Part shown: in pieces, positions 62,852-64,000 of the stretch
How positions within the stretch are numbered: the first letter of the stretch is position 1
Layout of the letters: each line of letters begins with the position of its first letter
Origin: Chiloscyllium plagiosum
Taxonomy: Eukaryota
Direction of reading: 5' to 3'
NCBI RefSeq assembly: GCF_004010195.1
Contig: NC_057718.1
Coordinates: 13,042,201 to 13,106,200 of the forward strand
Length of the DNA stretch: 64,000 bases
Position numbers and translations under genes: made by a program
Notes under the pieces: model-generated
Seen by the model: only the letters and a program-made list of their open reading frames with translations
Told to the model about the DNA's origin: nothing
The model's database searches: none

Positions 62852-63857
62852 ACAATAAAATGATGTATTTTAATATGTGTTAACAATTCATCATAGGTAC
62901 ATGTCCTGTAAACGTAAGTTAACCCTCACATTGATCATGTTGAATTATTCATGTGCTTACTGTATTTTCCAAACGTTAAAATGCCATAATGAATTAAAAA
63001 CATAAAATAAGATGGCCCATGGAATCTCCAATTTTTGTTTTGTATATTGATGTAAATCAACTGACAGCTCTGGCTGTTAAAAATACCCTACTTTTGACAG
63101 TTGAGAAACAAAGCTTTTTCCCTTAATTGATTGACTGACACTCTGCATGGAAATGGAACACTATTCTGCACTGTCAGTTCAGATTATGTAAATGGAAGTT
63201 TCTGATATGACAATGATAGCCTTTATGAATGCTTGTCTATGTTTCAAAACTAATAATGGCTTCAGTTCAGTAGATGTCAGTAGTTTCAAAAACAGGTGAA
63301 ACTTTTAAGAGTTGTAACAACAGAAATGTGCATTTAATGTGGTTGGTTGATTGTCTGTATAATTAATTAGGCACCTAAAAGATTTATTTATCTTGCACTG
63401 GAGTAGTTTCAGTATACAGTGTGAATTCAGACTTTTACTGGATTGTTAGAGGTTCAAGTTCCTTTCCAGATTTTAAACTGTTCTTACTGCTATTGTATGG
63501 CTTCTGAAGACTATATACAATAATAATACTGATGTACAGCTATGAAAGATACATGGGGTCATGGAACTGGCATGGGGCAGCACGAGCAATCTGAGGGTGG
63601 CATTATGGGTGGATGAGGGGTTAGCTTTATTAGTCTTATGTTGGGAAGTGGGCTACTGCATGGAAAATCCAAGGTACATATCTGCAAGCACACTCTTCAT
63701 GCACACCATTGTAACTCACTGTGAACCATTCTGGGGCTTTGCATGGCCCACCAGGAGAAACTGTTGAAACTGATCAGAGACCATAAGGCACTCTCAGAGG
63801 ATTGCACATCTGTGATTAAATAACTGGGATGTAAACTGCTGGATCTCTGGGTATTTT

Positions 63858-64000
63858 TAACATTTATTCATGGTATATGGGTTTCACTGGCTAAGCCAGC
63901 ATTTATTTCCCATTCCTGATTGCTCCTGAGCGGGTGATGGTCAGTCACCCTCTTGAATCACTGCAGTCCAATATGGTTCAGGTACATCCACAATAACAGA
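63858..64000 (-). mobile_element. 3' tail of the L2/CR1-group LINE family seen at 21390-22782
   Basis: Reverse complement matches atggactgcagtg.ttcaaga..gactgaccatcacc..caatcaggaatgggaaataaatgctggc. Confidence 0.65.

Noticed and set aside
1..64000. Antisense orientation bias of LINEs relative to the host gene
   Set aside because: Both L1s and most CR1s are antisense, but several long CR1s are sense; counts are too small and the effect is well known.
1..64000. CRISPR array, operon or other prokaryotic system
   Set aside because: No repeat-spacer array; gene structure and repeats are vertebrate. The dispersed repeats are TE termini.

Overview
Eukaryotic, repeat-rich vertebrate DNA, most likely from a cartilaginous fish (inferred from HE1-like V-SINEs, the abundant CR1 LINEs and a CatSper gene). 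The window lies inside one minus-strand multi-exon gene that I recognise as CATSPERE (CatSper channel auxiliary subunit epsilon, C1orf101). Six internal coding exons (62056-61942, 61384-61278, 47853-47355, 25070-24584, 18885-18443, 3247-3189) splice in frame into about 570 aa of the extracellular region; both ends of the gene lie outside the window. The introns hold many CR1 LINE copies, two long decayed L1-clade LINEs, RTE, L2/CR1-group and Gypsy remnants, two TA-flanked MITEs, SINEs, and Penelope-like elements (PLEs) with GIY-YIG fragments. Most notable: (1) a swarm of very small (65-210 bp) PLE-terminus units carrying minimal hammerhead-ribozyme motifs, many with 11-17 bp target-site duplications and several folded into long palindromes; (2) a decayed tRNA-Pro(TGG) with an 18-nt insertion at the canonical 37/38 intron position, next to a tRNA-Leu(CAG) relic; (3) a 14-nt frameshifting micro-exon candidate with near-consensus splice signals. 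All homology calls are from memory of the families, not from searches, and TE boundaries are approximate unless a TSD or TIR is cited.
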